From IMG/VR virus record IMGVR_UViG_3300027764_000027, positions 1-29,109 of that record: a stretch of 29,109 bases of DNA. One strand, given 5' to 3'. The position numbers and the translations under genes are program-made. This document shows positions 7,505 to 16,859 of this stretch, in pieces. The first letter of the stretch is position 1, and each line of letters opens with the position of its first letter. The notes under the pieces are model-generated. The model searched no databases and was not told the origin of the DNA. It saw only the letters and a program-made list of their open reading frames with translations. Origin of the DNA: a virus. Lineage: Duplodnaviria > Caudoviricetes.

Positions 7505-8119
7505 CTAGGCGCGATGCACTGCCGGCAGCCCGGTAAACCCGCAGGCTGCGCGCAGATCGGCCATGGGGAAGGCAGGGCCGGGATCGTTTTTTCGCTCCGG
7601 GGCGATGCAGTCGTGGCCGGTGATGTCGTCGAGCTGGTAACGCGCGACCAGCACTTGGGCCACCGCGGTGCACGCGGCCAGCTGCGCGGCTGGGAAGGCT
7701 TCCCATTCCTGCACGGGGCCGCCATGGCTGTGCGCGGCGCCGAGGCTGGCAAAGCCGACCTGCTGGCGCGCCCAGGACAGCGCGTGGGCGGAATCGCCAG
7801 CGTTGGCCAGCTCGATGCCGATGCTGTAGGCGTTGGCCCCTCCGTAGCGCGTGCCGGTGCGCGGATCGCGCCAGCGGGAGACGCCGGCGTGGCCGCAGGT
7901 GCGACTGAACGGGCGGCACTGGATGATGGTGCCGTCGCGCTCGATGACGAGGTGCGCGCTGGCCCCTTTGGCGGCAGGCGTTTTCCAGAAGTCGATGCTC
8001 GAAGCGCCAGTGGCTCCGGCGGTAAAGTGGATGACCAGGCAGCGGCGGATGGTCATCGGCAAGCCGCCGGCGATTTCGCGACGGCGCACGCCCTCGAGCC
8101 AATCGTTGCCAATCTGCAT
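7505..8119 (-). CDS. Endolysin, N-acetylmuramoyl-L-alanine amidase (Amidase_2)
   Basis: VIHFTAG, SAHLVIERDG, HAG, SIGIEL, GHDC...KNDPG zinc amidase motifs. Confidence 0.92.
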   Translation of the reverse strand: MQIGNDWLEGVRRREIAGGLPMTIRRCLVIHFTAGATGASSIDFWKTPAAKGASAHLVIERDGTIIQCRPFSRTCGHAGVSRWRDPRTGTRYGGANAYSIGIELANAGDSAHALSWARQQVGFASLGAAHSHGGPVQEWEAFPAAQLAACTAVAQVLVARYQLDDITGHDCIAPERKNDPGPAFPMADLRAACGFTGLPAVHRA

Positions 8120-8123
8120 TCCC

Positions 8124-8201
8124 TCAGCCTTTTTTGACCCAGGCGGCGGTCAGCGTGGTAATGCCGAGCAGGGCGAGGGCAAAAAAAGCCAGGTATTTCA
8201 T
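8124..8201 (-). CDS. 25-aa membrane micropeptide in the lysis cassette
   Basis: MKYLAFFALALLGITTLTAAWVKKG* fills the gap between holin-like gene and endolysin. Confidence 0.55.
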   Translation of the reverse strand: MKYLAFFALALLGITTLTAAWVKKG

Positions 8202-8213
8202 CGCTGCCTCGGG

Positions 8214-8609
8214 TTATTTGGCCAGGCCGGCGCGCGGGGCGAGTTTCACGGTGCCGCCGATGCGGCGGCCAGTGGCGTCCTCATACTGCAGGCCGTAGCT
8301 GCGGTCGTAGCGGTCGAGCGCAGAGCAGGCGGAGGCGGTGAGGCCGACGCCGGCGGCGACGAGCAGCAAAAAAGTGCCATTGGCCGAGCCATCATTGACG
8401 ATGGTCGGTGCCGCGAAGGTGCCGTTGCCAGAGACCTGGCGATCCTTGGCGTTGGAAAAAGTCAGGAAGCCGGTGAAAAGCGCGCACGCCGCGGCAATCT
8501 TTTTTCCCAGCGTCGGATCGAGCAGGGATTCGAGCAGCTCGGGAAATTGCGTGAAGAACGCGGCCAGCAGGGTCAGCGTGCCGAAGGTGGAGGTGCGCCA
8601 GTTGGTCAT
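8214..8609 (-). CDS. Holin-like membrane protein
   Basis: NWRTST start, three hydrophobic segments, upstream of the endolysin. Confidence 0.65.
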   Translation of the reverse strand: MTNWRTSTFGTLTLLAAFFTQFPELLESLLDPTLGKKIAAACALFTGFLTFSNAKDRQVSGNGTFAAPTIVNDGSANGTFLLLVAAGVGLTASACSALDRYDRSYGLQYEDATGRRIGGTVKLAPRAGLAK

Positions 8610-8655
8610 GTCGACAGGAGCGGTGTCAAAAGCCGCAAGGCGGCGTGCGCAGAGG

Positions 8656-8952
8656 TTATTGCTTAGGGCGCTGGCTGAGGTATTCGATCGCGGTGCTCAG
8701 CCGGTCTGAATTGCGCATGGCGATTTGCTGGGTGTCGGCCAGCTGCCTCAATGCGGCGCGCTGCTCAATTACGGATTGCTCGACGACGTTGATCCTGACG
8801 TCCTGCTTGGCTTGAACGACCATGCTTTGCGACCATACCAAAAAACCGCCGAGCAGCATTGATCCTGCTGTCAGGACGTGCCCAAGATTGATTGTGCCGT
8901 CGAATTTTAAGCGGCGAATTTCGGAGCGCTCAAGCTGTTCGGATTCACTCAT
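8656..8952 (-). CDS. Single-TM coiled-coil protein (lysis accessory)
   Basis: ATGA-coupled start at 8952; TM helix LGHVLTAGSMLLGGFLVW followed by a coiled coil. Confidence 0.55.
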   Translation of the reverse strand: MSESEQLERSEIRRLKFDGTINLGHVLTAGSMLLGGFLVWSQSMVVQAKQDVRINVVEQSVIEQRAALRQLADTQQIAMRNSDRLSTAIEYLSQRPKQ

Positions 8953-9338
8953 GAAAGATGTGCCCACAGCGCCAGCAGCGCGGCGCGCGCAGGGGTGCTG
9001 GTAAATTCCTGCGTGTTCAGCACAATGCGGCGGCGGCCACCGTTGGCCATGCGCGCGCACACAATGACGTGCAACGTGTCGCAGTAGGCGGTGGGCTTGT
9101 CGTTTTTGTCCCACGCAATTTCGGCCTGGGGTGCGGTTTCGACAAAGACGCCCTCGACGGTTTCGTCAGGATTAAGCAGGCCGGGGAGCGCGCCAATGGC
9201 GGTGTCCCAATTTGCCTGTTGATCACTCGGCAAGCTGTCTCGTCGAATCGATTCAATCGGTGCGCTTACCAAGCCCGCGCGGCGAACCAGGTGGGCTTGC
9301 TGCTTGGTAAAGTGGATTGTGTTGAAAGTCATATTCAA
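8949..9338 (-). CDS. Hypothetical protein
   Basis: 129 aa, stop/start overlaps on both sides. Confidence 0.65.
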   Translation of the reverse strand: MNMTFNTIHFTKQQAHLVRRAGLVSAPIESIRRDSLPSDQQANWDTAIGALPGLLNPDETVEGVFVETAPQAEIAWDKNDKPTAYCDTLHVIVCARMANGGRRRIVLNTQEFTSTPARAALLALWAHLS

Positions 9339-10303
9339 GCAGCAGTGCGTGCGCTGAGTGAAGAATTTGCGCGCACAACGTGGTTTGAAGCCTCAGCGGT
9401 AACCTGCGCGCTTTGAAACGTCAGGGTTCCGCTGGTTGTAGTTTTAAGTGTGGTTTTCAACAGCAAAGACGCATTGGCTGCTTGCGACGTGCCCGAAGAA
9501 TAGGTGCCCATCAGGGCCACGGCAAAAGAAGTAAGAGCTCCGGTATTGTCGCGATAGAAAACGCCGTCAATGCCCGAGCTGGCGGAGCCGGTGTAAGCCA
9601 GCCGAAACTTATTGCCCGCGGTGTTGCTGGGCTGGGCATACGACGCCAGAAGTTCAATTTCGTAAGTCTTTCCGGCTTCCAGGGTCAATGAAAGGCCGGT
9701 GACGTCGGTCAATGTGGTCGAGTTGTTAAGCACTGTGACATTGCTGGCATTTGAGGCGAAAAGATACCTGCGCTCAATTTCCGCTTCCACGGCTGCGGCG
9801 GTGACCAGTTCCGTGCCGCCAATGCCCGACCACACGGCGCCCTGATTGGGAGCGGTGCTTCCAGCCAGCAAAATCAACGATTGCTGCAGCTTAATGCCTC
9901 CGAGCTGGTCAATGACATCCAGCGAACTAGAGACCAGGCTCCACGTTGCCAAGCCGTCGGATACAAACTCAATGTAGCCAAGCGGCCTAAAAATGATGTA
10001 GTTTGCTGAAAGGTTAAAAAAGTTGCCGCTGGCGCACACTACTTCAAGCGTGCCAAAAATGTCGTCCAGATTAGCACCCGCATCCGCAATAATGACTCTC
10101 TGCCCGGCCGCGTAGCTGTTGGCCGGTGGTAGCGTAACAATGCGGTCTGTGGAGATTGAGGGCCCGGATTTGGTAACATAAGCTGTGGTGCCAGGCGGCA
10201 TTTTGACGTTGCCAGCAGAGGCGTCAAACGTCACAAGAACAAAGTTTTTCAACCGCGTCCGCAGCGGCTGACTTGCCAGTCCGTTAAGCAGGCCGGGGTT
10301 CAT
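9335..10303 (-). CDS. Tail fibre / receptor-binding protein
   Basis: VTLPPANSYAAGQRVIIAD and LTDVTGLSLTLEAGKTYEIE beta-rich motifs typical of phage fibres; end of tail module. Confidence 0.65.
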   Translation of the reverse strand: MNPGLLNGLASQPLRTRLKNFVLVTFDASAGNVKMPPGTTAYVTKSGPSISTDRIVTLPPANSYAAGQRVIIADAGANLDDIFGTLEVVCASGNFFNLSANYIIFRPLGYIEFVSDGLATWSLVSSSLDVIDQLGGIKLQQSLILLAGSTAPNQGAVWSGIGGTELVTAAAVEAEIERRYLFASNASNVTVLNNSTTLTDVTGLSLTLEAGKTYEIELLASYAQPSNTAGNKFRLAYTGSASSGIDGVFYRDNTGALTSFAVALMGTYSSGTSQAANASLLLKTTLKTTTSGTLTFQSAQVTAEASNHVVRANSSLSARTAA

Positions 10304-11053
10304 TTAGAAATTTTCCAAAGTGCCAGTGATGTGAAGCGCTTTGTAGTTGGTCAGCGTAGCGAGCAGGCTGACATAGATTTTGGTGCTGGCGGCAAGTGGC
10401 AGCACCGGGCGACCAGTCTGATCGGTAGTCAGGCCGGTGAGGTAGGCGTTGCCCAGAACGTCCACGGGCGCGACCACGCCGGTGGAGCTGAAGCCAGCGG
10501 TGATGGGCACATTGACCACGCCAAGGAGCGAAAGCAGGCCGGTGCCGCCTGGCTGCTGCCAAATGGCGACGTTAGCCGCGGCGGTGTCGGTGCTGGCAAT
10601 GCGCAGCGCCTTGAGGATGCTGCCATCGGTGCCAGCGGTGCAAAGCAGCTGCGGGCCGCCAAAGGCGTTGGCGTTGGTGCCATTGGCGGGGATGCCGATG
10701 ATCTGGCCGGTGTTGGTGCCAGTGGTCATCCCGGTCGAGGCGCTCATGGTCAGGCTCACGCCGGCGGAGATCGAGGAGATGGTCACGGCCGCGCCGATGC
10801 CCTGGCCAAGAAGCTGCATGCCCGTGGCGGCGTTGGTGGTGCTGGCGATGGTGATGACCGCGGATCCGCTGGTCGTGGTGTAGGCGGTGCTGGCGCCCAC
10901 AAGGACGGGCGAGCATTGCACACCGGGAACCACAAAGCCGCTGGCGAGGGTGCTGACACTGGTGTTGGCTCCCACGCTATGCGCGGCAACAATGTGCGGG
11001 ATGATCAGGCCGACGCTCTGGATCGTTTGGGTAAAGGGGCAGGTGTTGGTCAT
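10304..11053 (-). CDS. Thr/Ser/Gly-rich virion (tail) protein
   Basis: Beta-rich, low-charge composition; position in tail-tip cluster. Confidence 0.6.
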   Translation of the reverse strand: MTNTCPFTQTIQSVGLIIPHIVAAHSVGANTSVSTLASGFVVPGVQCSPVLVGASTAYTTTSGSAVITIASTTNAATGMQLLGQGIGAAVTISSISAGVSLTMSASTGMTTGTNTGQIIGIPANGTNANAFGGPQLLCTAGTDGSILKALRIASTDTAAANVAIWQQPGGTGLLSLLGVVNVPITAGFSSTGVVAPVDVLGNAYLTGLTTDQTGRPVLPLAASTKIYVSLLATLTNYKALHITGTLENF

Positions 11054-11073
11054 GGCTAGTTAGTTGGAAAACA

Positions 11074-11748
11074 TCAAAAAAAACTGCTGATAAAGGCCGT
11101 CAGGGTCATGCCCTGCGATGGGTAGGCAGGCAGGCCGTCGCTGACGGTGCCCTCGTTGCCCTTGCTCACATCGTCCCAAATCCGCAGGGTAAAGGTCGGA
11201 TAGCTAGTTTGTTTGCCGTCGAGCACGTATTCCACCTCGGCGGCCAGATCCACGTAATCCTCGCGGGCCTCGTTGAGCGTCCAGCTGGCCGAGCTCGACG
11301 GCGCGGCGGCGTTGGTCAGCATGTAATAGTCGCCGGTGTCCACCTGGCGGACCACGGCGTTGACCAGCAGGCCGGTTAGCGCCAGCCGGGCCGTGGCATC
11401 GGCCGGCGTGGCCTGCGTGCCGCCAATCGGGAAGAGGTCGTTGAGCGCGGTGGTGTTGGTGCTTGGCGTGAGCGTGTAGACCGTGGCGCTGCCTGTGCCG
11501 GTCTTGACGTAGGTTGTCGTGCCAATGATGAAAGTCTCCGCGCCCAGGGCTTCCGGCACTTTTGCGGTGATGCGGAAATCGGAAAGGACCAGCGTCGCAT
11601 CGAGCTCGACAGCGTCGCCAAAATCGTCGCAGACCACGCAGTCGAAGGGGGCGTTGTCGCCGCGCTTGATTTCGCTCAGCGTGACGTCGGCGGGGTTGTT
11701 TAGCCCGAAGACGTTGCGCTGGCGTTGGCGGTTAAGAAAAAGTTTCAC
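11074..11748 (-). CDS. Tail-tip / baseplate upper-like protein
   Basis: IKRGD motif, AEVEY...TFTLRIWDD; position after tape measure. Confidence 0.55.
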   Translation of the reverse strand: MKLFLNRQRQRNVFGLNNPADVTLSEIKRGDNAPFDCVVCDDFGDAVELDATLVLSDFRITAKVPEALGAETFIIGTTTYVKTGTGSATVYTLTPSTNTTALNDLFPIGGTQATPADATARLALTGLLVNAVVRQVDTGDYYMLTNAAAPSSSASWTLNEAREDYVDLAAEVEYVLDGKQTSYPTFTLRIWDDVSKGNEGTVSDGLPAYPSQGMTLTAFISSFF

Positions 11749-11799
11749 GGCAAAAGAAAGAAGCGCATGCTTATCGGCGGGCCGCTGTCAAAGAGCGGG

Positions 11800-12222
11800 C
11801 TACCTTCGAATCATGCGCACGCTGATTTTGCCGCTTATGCCGTAGGAGCTGTAGATCGACGGGTTATACACGCGGACGGTCACAATTTCGTTTTCTACGA
11901 ATTGCTGCGAAAAAATCAGATGAGAGTCGTGCCCGCTGCCGTGATCGATGGCGATCGGGGTGTGATCTGCGACGCCGGGCGTGGGAAGCAACAGCACCTC
12001 GTAGCTTTGCGGTCCGACCGTGACGTTCCAAGTCGTGGCGAAGATCGGAGAAATAATTTCGTTGAATGGCAGGCGCGGGAGCGGCATGAACCCGTCGACG
12101 TTTTCGTCGATTTCGCAGGTCGGGCTGCGCAGCGGGGTGCGGGCGCGGAGAGCCTCGAGCACACCGGCGGAAAACCGTTTCCACGGTTCGGGCCCTGGCG
12201 GAATATCGGGCAGCGCTTTCAT
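11800..12222 (-). CDS. Hypothetical tail-associated protein
   Basis: 140 aa, ATGA-coupled. Confidence 0.55.
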   Translation of the reverse strand: MKALPDIPPGPEPWKRFSAGVLEALRARTPLRSPTCEIDENVDGFMPLPRLPFNEIISPIFATTWNVTVGPQSYEVLLLPTPGVADHTPIAIDHGSGHDSHLIFSQQFVENEIVTVRVYNPSIYSSYGISGKISVRMIRR

Positions 12223-12899
12223 GCTTCGTATCCGCGGATGACTTCATCCTGGCACTCATACCACGGCGTGCCGTCGATTGGTGTGCCTTGCGAGGATTCG
12301 ACGCTGGCGACGATCTCGATGTCGATGGCAGAGCGCACGTTGGCCGGCGCGCTGGCGTAGCTGCTGTAGGTCAGGGGGGTGTCTTTACCGGCGCCGTCTT
12401 TGGCCGTGACAACAATTTGGTCCGAAAGGATCCTTGGATTTTGCCCTGTGACCTCTGCGGAAAACCGCGCGGCGAGCGGAAGATTAGGGGAAAAATAACG
12501 GTAGGTCGTGGCATGCACTCGGGCAGAAATTGTGCGTGTTGCTTCAATCGAGGTTGGGTACGGTTGGTCGGGAAAAAGAGTGTGAGCGGCATCGGTCACG
12601 GTGCCGCTTTTTTGAAACACTTTATTGGCTACGGACGGCGCCGCAGAGTAATCATTGAAGTCTGGGGGCATCGCCAGCACAAGATCGACCTCGCTTTTGG
12701 GCGCGGCGTCTCGGACATCGCGGTCGACAATGTAGCCGCCCGCGTATGCCGCACCAACCGGATAGCTGCTTAAAAAAGTGTCGAGTTCATCGTATCGGCC
12801 GTGCCAGGTGTCTGTGCGGGCAGGCAATCCTTTGGCTTTGCCGGAACGGCGGCTCGAAACAAAGCGCCAGGCGCAGTTGGATTTAAAAACGACGCTCAT
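12219..12899 (-). CDS. Probable distal tail protein
   Basis: First gene after tape measure; beta-rich. Confidence 0.5.
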   Translation of the reverse strand: MSVVFKSNCAWRFVSSRRSGKAKGLPARTDTWHGRYDELDTFLSSYPVGAAYAGGYIVDRDVRDAAPKSEVDLVLAMPPDFNDYSAAPSVANKVFQKSGTVTDAAHTLFPDQPYPTSIEATRTISARVHATTYRYFSPNLPLAARFSAEVTGQNPRILSDQIVVTAKDGAGKDTPLTYSSYASAPANVRSAIDIEIVASVESSQGTPIDGTPWYECQDEVIRGYEA

Positions 12900-12915
12900 G
12901 GCAAAAAGGTAGCGA

Positions 12916-14706
12916 TCATGGGCGTTTCCATACGTCTCTCATAATGGTTTTAATTTCCGCGGTGTCTTCAGCTTGCTGTTGTTCCAGAGTAAGCTTTTGG
13001 GTTGCGGGCTTACCGAGCCCAAAGGCTTTGTTGAGTCCGCCCTTGTTTAGCCCGCCGGTTTTAAGACCGGTTGCAGGGCCTGCGCCTTTGCCGTTAAAAA
13101 CTCCAGCGGAAAAAAGTTCCTCACCAGTCAGCAAATTGGTGCCCGCAAAAAGTTTTTTTGCAGGGGCATCAGGAGCAACATCAAACCCGCTTGAACGAAA
13201 CCCATCTTTTCCGGCAAGAGCTTTGGCTTTGGCAACAGCGTCCGCCAGCGCTCCCTTTGCGCCAAGCACGTCCTCGACGCCGGTCTTTTTGAAAGCCTCA
13301 GCGGCTGCGGTAAAAAGGTCTTTGATGCCTCCGTTGAGCAAGGCCGTGCCTTTGGTGACCAATGCTTCGGAATTCATACCGAAAACCGTCAATTTTTCTC
13401 CGGCGTTGGCTTTTTGAATTTCGGCAAAACTGCGGCCTTCGCCAAATGTGCTGGTCGGCTTGGATTTTTCAAAACGAGTGGTTTCACGGCGTCCCTTTTC
13501 CGTAGTTGGATTTCCGTAAATGTCGGCGTCACCGCTGGCGGTGAGTTTGCGTTGCATTGCTGCGCGTTGATTTAGGTAATCATCATTGCGCGCCCTTTTT
13601 TCGTTGCCTGCAGCGCTTCCGCCTGGCGTGAGTTTGTCTTGCACATCCTCAAAAAGAGCAAGTGCCGCCTCGACGACAAACGTCAACCCATCGCGAAAAA
13701 ACTTAAGCGGTCCTTCAAAAGCGCGAATCAGCGTGCCCGTGATGATGAATTCCAACCCCAAAAAGCCCTGCACTAGCGAAGCAAGAAAAGTGTCCGCAGA
13801 CAAAAGGTTGCCCACAAAACGGATGGCCGCAATGAACAGGTTGCCGGCGCCAAGCAGACCTGCACGCAGAAAGTCCACGGCTGCGCCAAAGAGTGCCGCG
13901 GGATCGGAAAATCCTCCTTGGATAGCTTTGACGGCAAGGGTCATGCCGTCTCCAAACCGCTGGCCAATGCCGGTGAGATCGATCTGTTCGAGTCGATCGA
14001 GCAACGGCAAAAGGGTGGCTGAAACGCGGTCGGCAACGCCAAGGAAAAAGCCGCGGAGAATGTTGCCAGCGCGGCCGAGTCGGTCGCTGATCTGGTCAAA
14101 AGTTCCGGCGTTTTTAGCTAAAATCGTGGCTTGCTTTTGCAACGCTTCCGAACCTTTGCCAAAATCCGGATCGGCAAAAAGGGCAAGCATTTTGCCGCCA
14201 CTTTTCCCAAAAAGTTCCATGGCGGCCTGTGCGCGCCCTGCGGGATTAGAGATTTTTGCAATGGCTTTGCCAATCGACACAAACTGCACGTCAGGCGCTT
14301 CGTTTTTAAGATCTTGAAAGCTTAACCCGAGGTCGGCAATAGCCTGGCGGCCCGCGTCAGAACCCAGCGTTTTCTGCATCTTGTTGATGACCCCGCCAAA
14401 ATCCTCGGCGGCCAGGCCGCTGTCGGCAAGTTGGCTGCGCAAAATAAACGCTTCGCGAACGGCAACGCCGGTTTGATCGGTCAAATCCTGCATGGCACCG
14501 CCAAGGTCAAAGGCTCCTTTGATGCCGTCGGTAAAGGCGCGCGCGCCAAAGGCTGCACCAAGCGCCACGGCAAGGCCGGCCAGCGGGCCGCGCAGCTTGG
14601 CAAAGGTCTGGCCAATGTTGCGTCCGATGGCTGCCGCCTTGTTTGCTGCGGTGCGCAGCGGGTTGACGTCGAGCCCAAAACTAGCGGTGATGGTGTTGGC
14701 AGCCAT
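12916..14706 (-). CDS. Tail tape measure protein
   Basis: Ala/Gly-rich helical 596 aa from ATG at 14706; AQAAMELFGKSGGKMLALF motif typical of tape measures. Confidence 0.85.
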   Translation of the reverse strand: MAANTITASFGLDVNPLRTAANKAAAIGRNIGQTFAKLRGPLAGLAVALGAAFGARAFTDGIKGAFDLGGAMQDLTDQTGVAVREAFILRSQLADSGLAAEDFGGVINKMQKTLGSDAGRQAIADLGLSFQDLKNEAPDVQFVSIGKAIAKISNPAGRAQAAMELFGKSGGKMLALFADPDFGKGSEALQKQATILAKNAGTFDQISDRLGRAGNILRGFFLGVADRVSATLLPLLDRLEQIDLTGIGQRFGDGMTLAVKAIQGGFSDPAALFGAAVDFLRAGLLGAGNLFIAAIRFVGNLLSADTFLASLVQGFLGLEFIITGTLIRAFEGPLKFFRDGLTFVVEAALALFEDVQDKLTPGGSAAGNEKRARNDDYLNQRAAMQRKLTASGDADIYGNPTTEKGRRETTRFEKSKPTSTFGEGRSFAEIQKANAGEKLTVFGMNSEALVTKGTALLNGGIKDLFTAAAEAFKKTGVEDVLGAKGALADAVAKAKALAGKDGFRSSGFDVAPDAPAKKLFAGTNLLTGEELFSAGVFNGKGAGPATGLKTGGLNKGGLNKAFGLGKPATQKLTLEQQQAEDTAEIKTIMRDVWKRP

Positions 14707-14707
14707 G

Positions 14708-15265
14708 TCAGGTGGTGCGCACGCCAGGGTAACGGCGGGCAATTTGCGCGGCAGAGGTAAAGACGCCTTTTTTTAAACTCATGGTGAAATACTTGACGCG
14801 GCCGGCAATCGCTCGATTTAGCGCGCGGGCGCCGCCAACGTAGGAGTTGGTGACCGTGGGCAGAAAATTGGCAATGCGGATGCCAAAACGGCCAAGGGTG
14901 CGAACAACAGCAACAGAGACCGCATCAGGACGAATTTTACCGTCCGACGGTTTGGCCTTGGGAACAAAGGATGGAACGCGCACGACTTTGCCGATAAGTT
15001 GGCCGATTTGAAACCAGCTTTGCTTGGCCAAGCCGCGGGCGCCACGTTTTGCGGCAAGCACACGCACGCGATCAGCCGCAGAAATTTTGGTGCGGCTTAC
15101 CGTGCGTTGGATTTTGGCCACATTTGCCGCAATCGTTGACGAAGCAGTTTTTTCCAGAATTTTGGCCGTTTCAAATTCCACCGCGTTTTCAAAACTTGCG
15201 CCGGTCATGCGTCCAAGGTTTTTACACATTGAATTGAAAGCGGAGGTGTCAACGCGGACGTTCAT
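14708..15265 (-). CDS. Basic virion morphogenesis protein (tail completion/neck-like)
   Basis: 185 aa from MNVRVDTSAF; ATG overlaps the stop of the frameshift product. Confidence 0.55.
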   Translation of the reverse strand: MNVRVDTSAFNSMCKNLGRMTGASFENAVEFETAKILEKTASSTIAANVAKIQRTVSRTKISAADRVRVLAAKRGARGLAKQSWFQIGQLIGKVVRVPSFVPKAKPSDGKIRPDAVSVAVVRTLGRFGIRIANFLPTVTNSYVGGARALNRAIAGRVKYFTMSLKKGVFTSAAQIARRYPGVRTT

Positions 15266-15905
15266 CCAGCAAGTGCAGCAAAGGATTGGGCGCTCGAGGT
15301 CGAGTTGCTGAAGCGCACTTCGCGGCCCTCGATGAGCCAGTAGGCGGTGCGATACTGCAAACATTCGGCCAGGGGCCAGTTCATCAGGATGTCGGGTGCG
15401 GTGCCGCCGGCGACGTGGCGGACCTGGACGGCAAGCTCGACAAGCCAATGGAGGCAGTCGGCGTGGTTTTTTTTTCTGATTCTTCGTTGCCTGTAGCGAC
15501 GGGCTCGGTGGAGCTGGCCATGATGTCTTCCATGATGCGCCCAAAAAGCGCGAGCAGCTCAGCAAAGTCGGGCGAGGCCGGGGAAAGCCGCTGTTTTTCT
15601 GCCCACACAAGCGCCTTTTCTGCGACCAGCTCGGGACGACGCACGGCAAGCAGGGTGTCGGAGACCGGACCGAGGCAAAGGTAGATCGTAATGACAGCAT
15701 CCCAGAAAATGCCGTCGTAAGCGCCAAGGCTTTCGCCCTCTGCGGCGGCAAGTTTAAAGATGCGCAGGCCGCACGCTTGAGCGGCGATCAGGCGGCGCCC
15801 GCTAAAAGCGGCCAGCGGTTGATTGCGCCAGGCAAGCGCGGCGGCTCGCTCAAAAGCCACGGCAGCGGCGGTGGGTTCGGTGGCAAGAAAGTCAGTGGGA
15901 TCCAT
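15262..15905 (-). CDS. Frameshift-extended tail assembly chaperone (gpGT-like)
   Basis: A9 slippery run at 15467-15475; the -1 frame is open to TGA at 15262-15264. Confidence 0.75.
15384..15905 (-). CDS. Tail assembly chaperone (gpG-like)
   Basis: 173 aa from MDPTDF; between tail tube and tape measure; EEKK at the slippery site. Confidence 0.7.
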   Translation of the reverse strand: MDPTDFLATEPTAAAVAFERAAALAWRNQPLAAFSGRRLIAAQACGLRIFKLAAAEGESLGAYDGIFWDAVITIYLCLGPVSDTLLAVRRPELVAEKALVWAEKQRLSPASPDFAELLALFGRIMEDIMASSTEPVATGNEESEKKTTPTASIGLSSLPSRSATSPAAPHPTS

Positions 15906-15907
15906 AG

Positions 15908-16411
15908 TTAGCGGTGTTTGTCCAGCAAGGCGAGGTCGGCGGGCTCGGCGTTGATGCTGATGCGGGTGAAGCCGGGGAAGGTGGTGGTGGTGCGGCCGTC
16001 GGCCAGGGTGCGGTCGGTGGGCGCGCCGCTGTGCTGCACGATGAGCGACGGGGTGACCTGTTGCCACATGGCGGCCCAGCGGCTGCGCTGAGCAAGCACG
16101 CAGGCGGCGATGCGAATGACGTCGAGCTGTGAAACCGGGACGTCGGTCGGATCTCCTTTGGCGCGCAAGATGGCGCACTCCTCGTCCCAGGCGGCAATGG
16201 CGGCGAGCAGTTCATCCGAGCGGGCAAAAGCGTAGGTGACGCTGCCGGGCTGGCTTTTCTGCCACGCTTCGCGGGCGGTGCAGCCAAGCTTGGTCAATTG
16301 CTCGGGCGAATACTCGTTGCGGAGAGCAAGGAGCGGAAATCCAGCGAGCGCCAGGGCGAAAGCCTGCGCGCAATTGCCGGTCTCAAAGTGAAGGGCTTGG
16401 GTAGTCTGCAT
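15908..16411 (-). CDS. Hypothetical protein
   Basis: 167 aa ORF, 2-nt gap to the next gene. Confidence 0.65.
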   Translation of the reverse strand: MQTTQALHFETGNCAQAFALALAGFPLLALRNEYSPEQLTKLGCTAREAWQKSQPGSVTYAFARSDELLAAIAAWDEECAILRAKGDPTDVPVSQLDVIRIAACVLAQRSRWAAMWQQVTPSLIVQHSGAPTDRTLADGRTTTTFPGFTRISINAEPADLALLDKHR

Positions 16412-16467
16412 GGTCTGTGGCGGTTTCTCCGGTGCCCGCTCCGGTGTGGGTGGTTAGCGCTGCGGTT

Positions 16468-16842
16468 TTACGCGCACTCGGGATTTGCACTGAGTTTCAT
16501 GGAAATGGCGCGCCATTCGCGGGGCTTTTGAGTTTCGGTTACCTCGTCCATGTAGATGCCGCCTTGAGTGGCTTGGAAAGTGGTGGTGTCGTTAGCCAGG
16601 ACCAGCGCTGTCGTGGTTGTAGCGGCCATCAATCCGGTGGTGCCTTTGACGTTGGCGTCGATGCTGATTTCAATGCTCATCTTGTCGGTCACGCCAAAGC
16701 CGGTGGTCTGGCCTTGGTAGTTAGTAAAGGGCACCTTGTATTCGGGCTTGTAGGTGACCTCAAAGCTTTGGACTTCGACGCCGGTTTCCGCGTTTTCAAT
16801 GTTGAGTTGCGAGTTGGCTAGATTTTTAAGAGTGGCTCCCAT
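16468..16842 (-). CDS. Probable major tail (tube) protein
   Basis: Thr-rich beta protein between tail terminator and chaperone. Confidence 0.6.
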   Translation of the reverse strand: MGATLKNLANSQLNIENAETGVEVQSFEVTYKPEYKVPFTNYQGQTTGFGVTDKMSIEISIDANVKGTTGLMAATTTTALVLANDTTTFQATQGGIYMDEVTETQKPREWRAISMKLSANPECA

Positions 16843-16859
16843 GGTGTGTAGTGAAAAGG

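Noticed and set aside
15247-15252. TTGACA as a tenth motif copy
   Set aside because: Lacks the leading T and lies inside the likely coding start of the gene
14708-15751. 347-aa ORF as listed in the track
   Set aside because: The upstream half overlaps the chaperone gene in another frame; the coupled ATG at 15265 is the more plausible start
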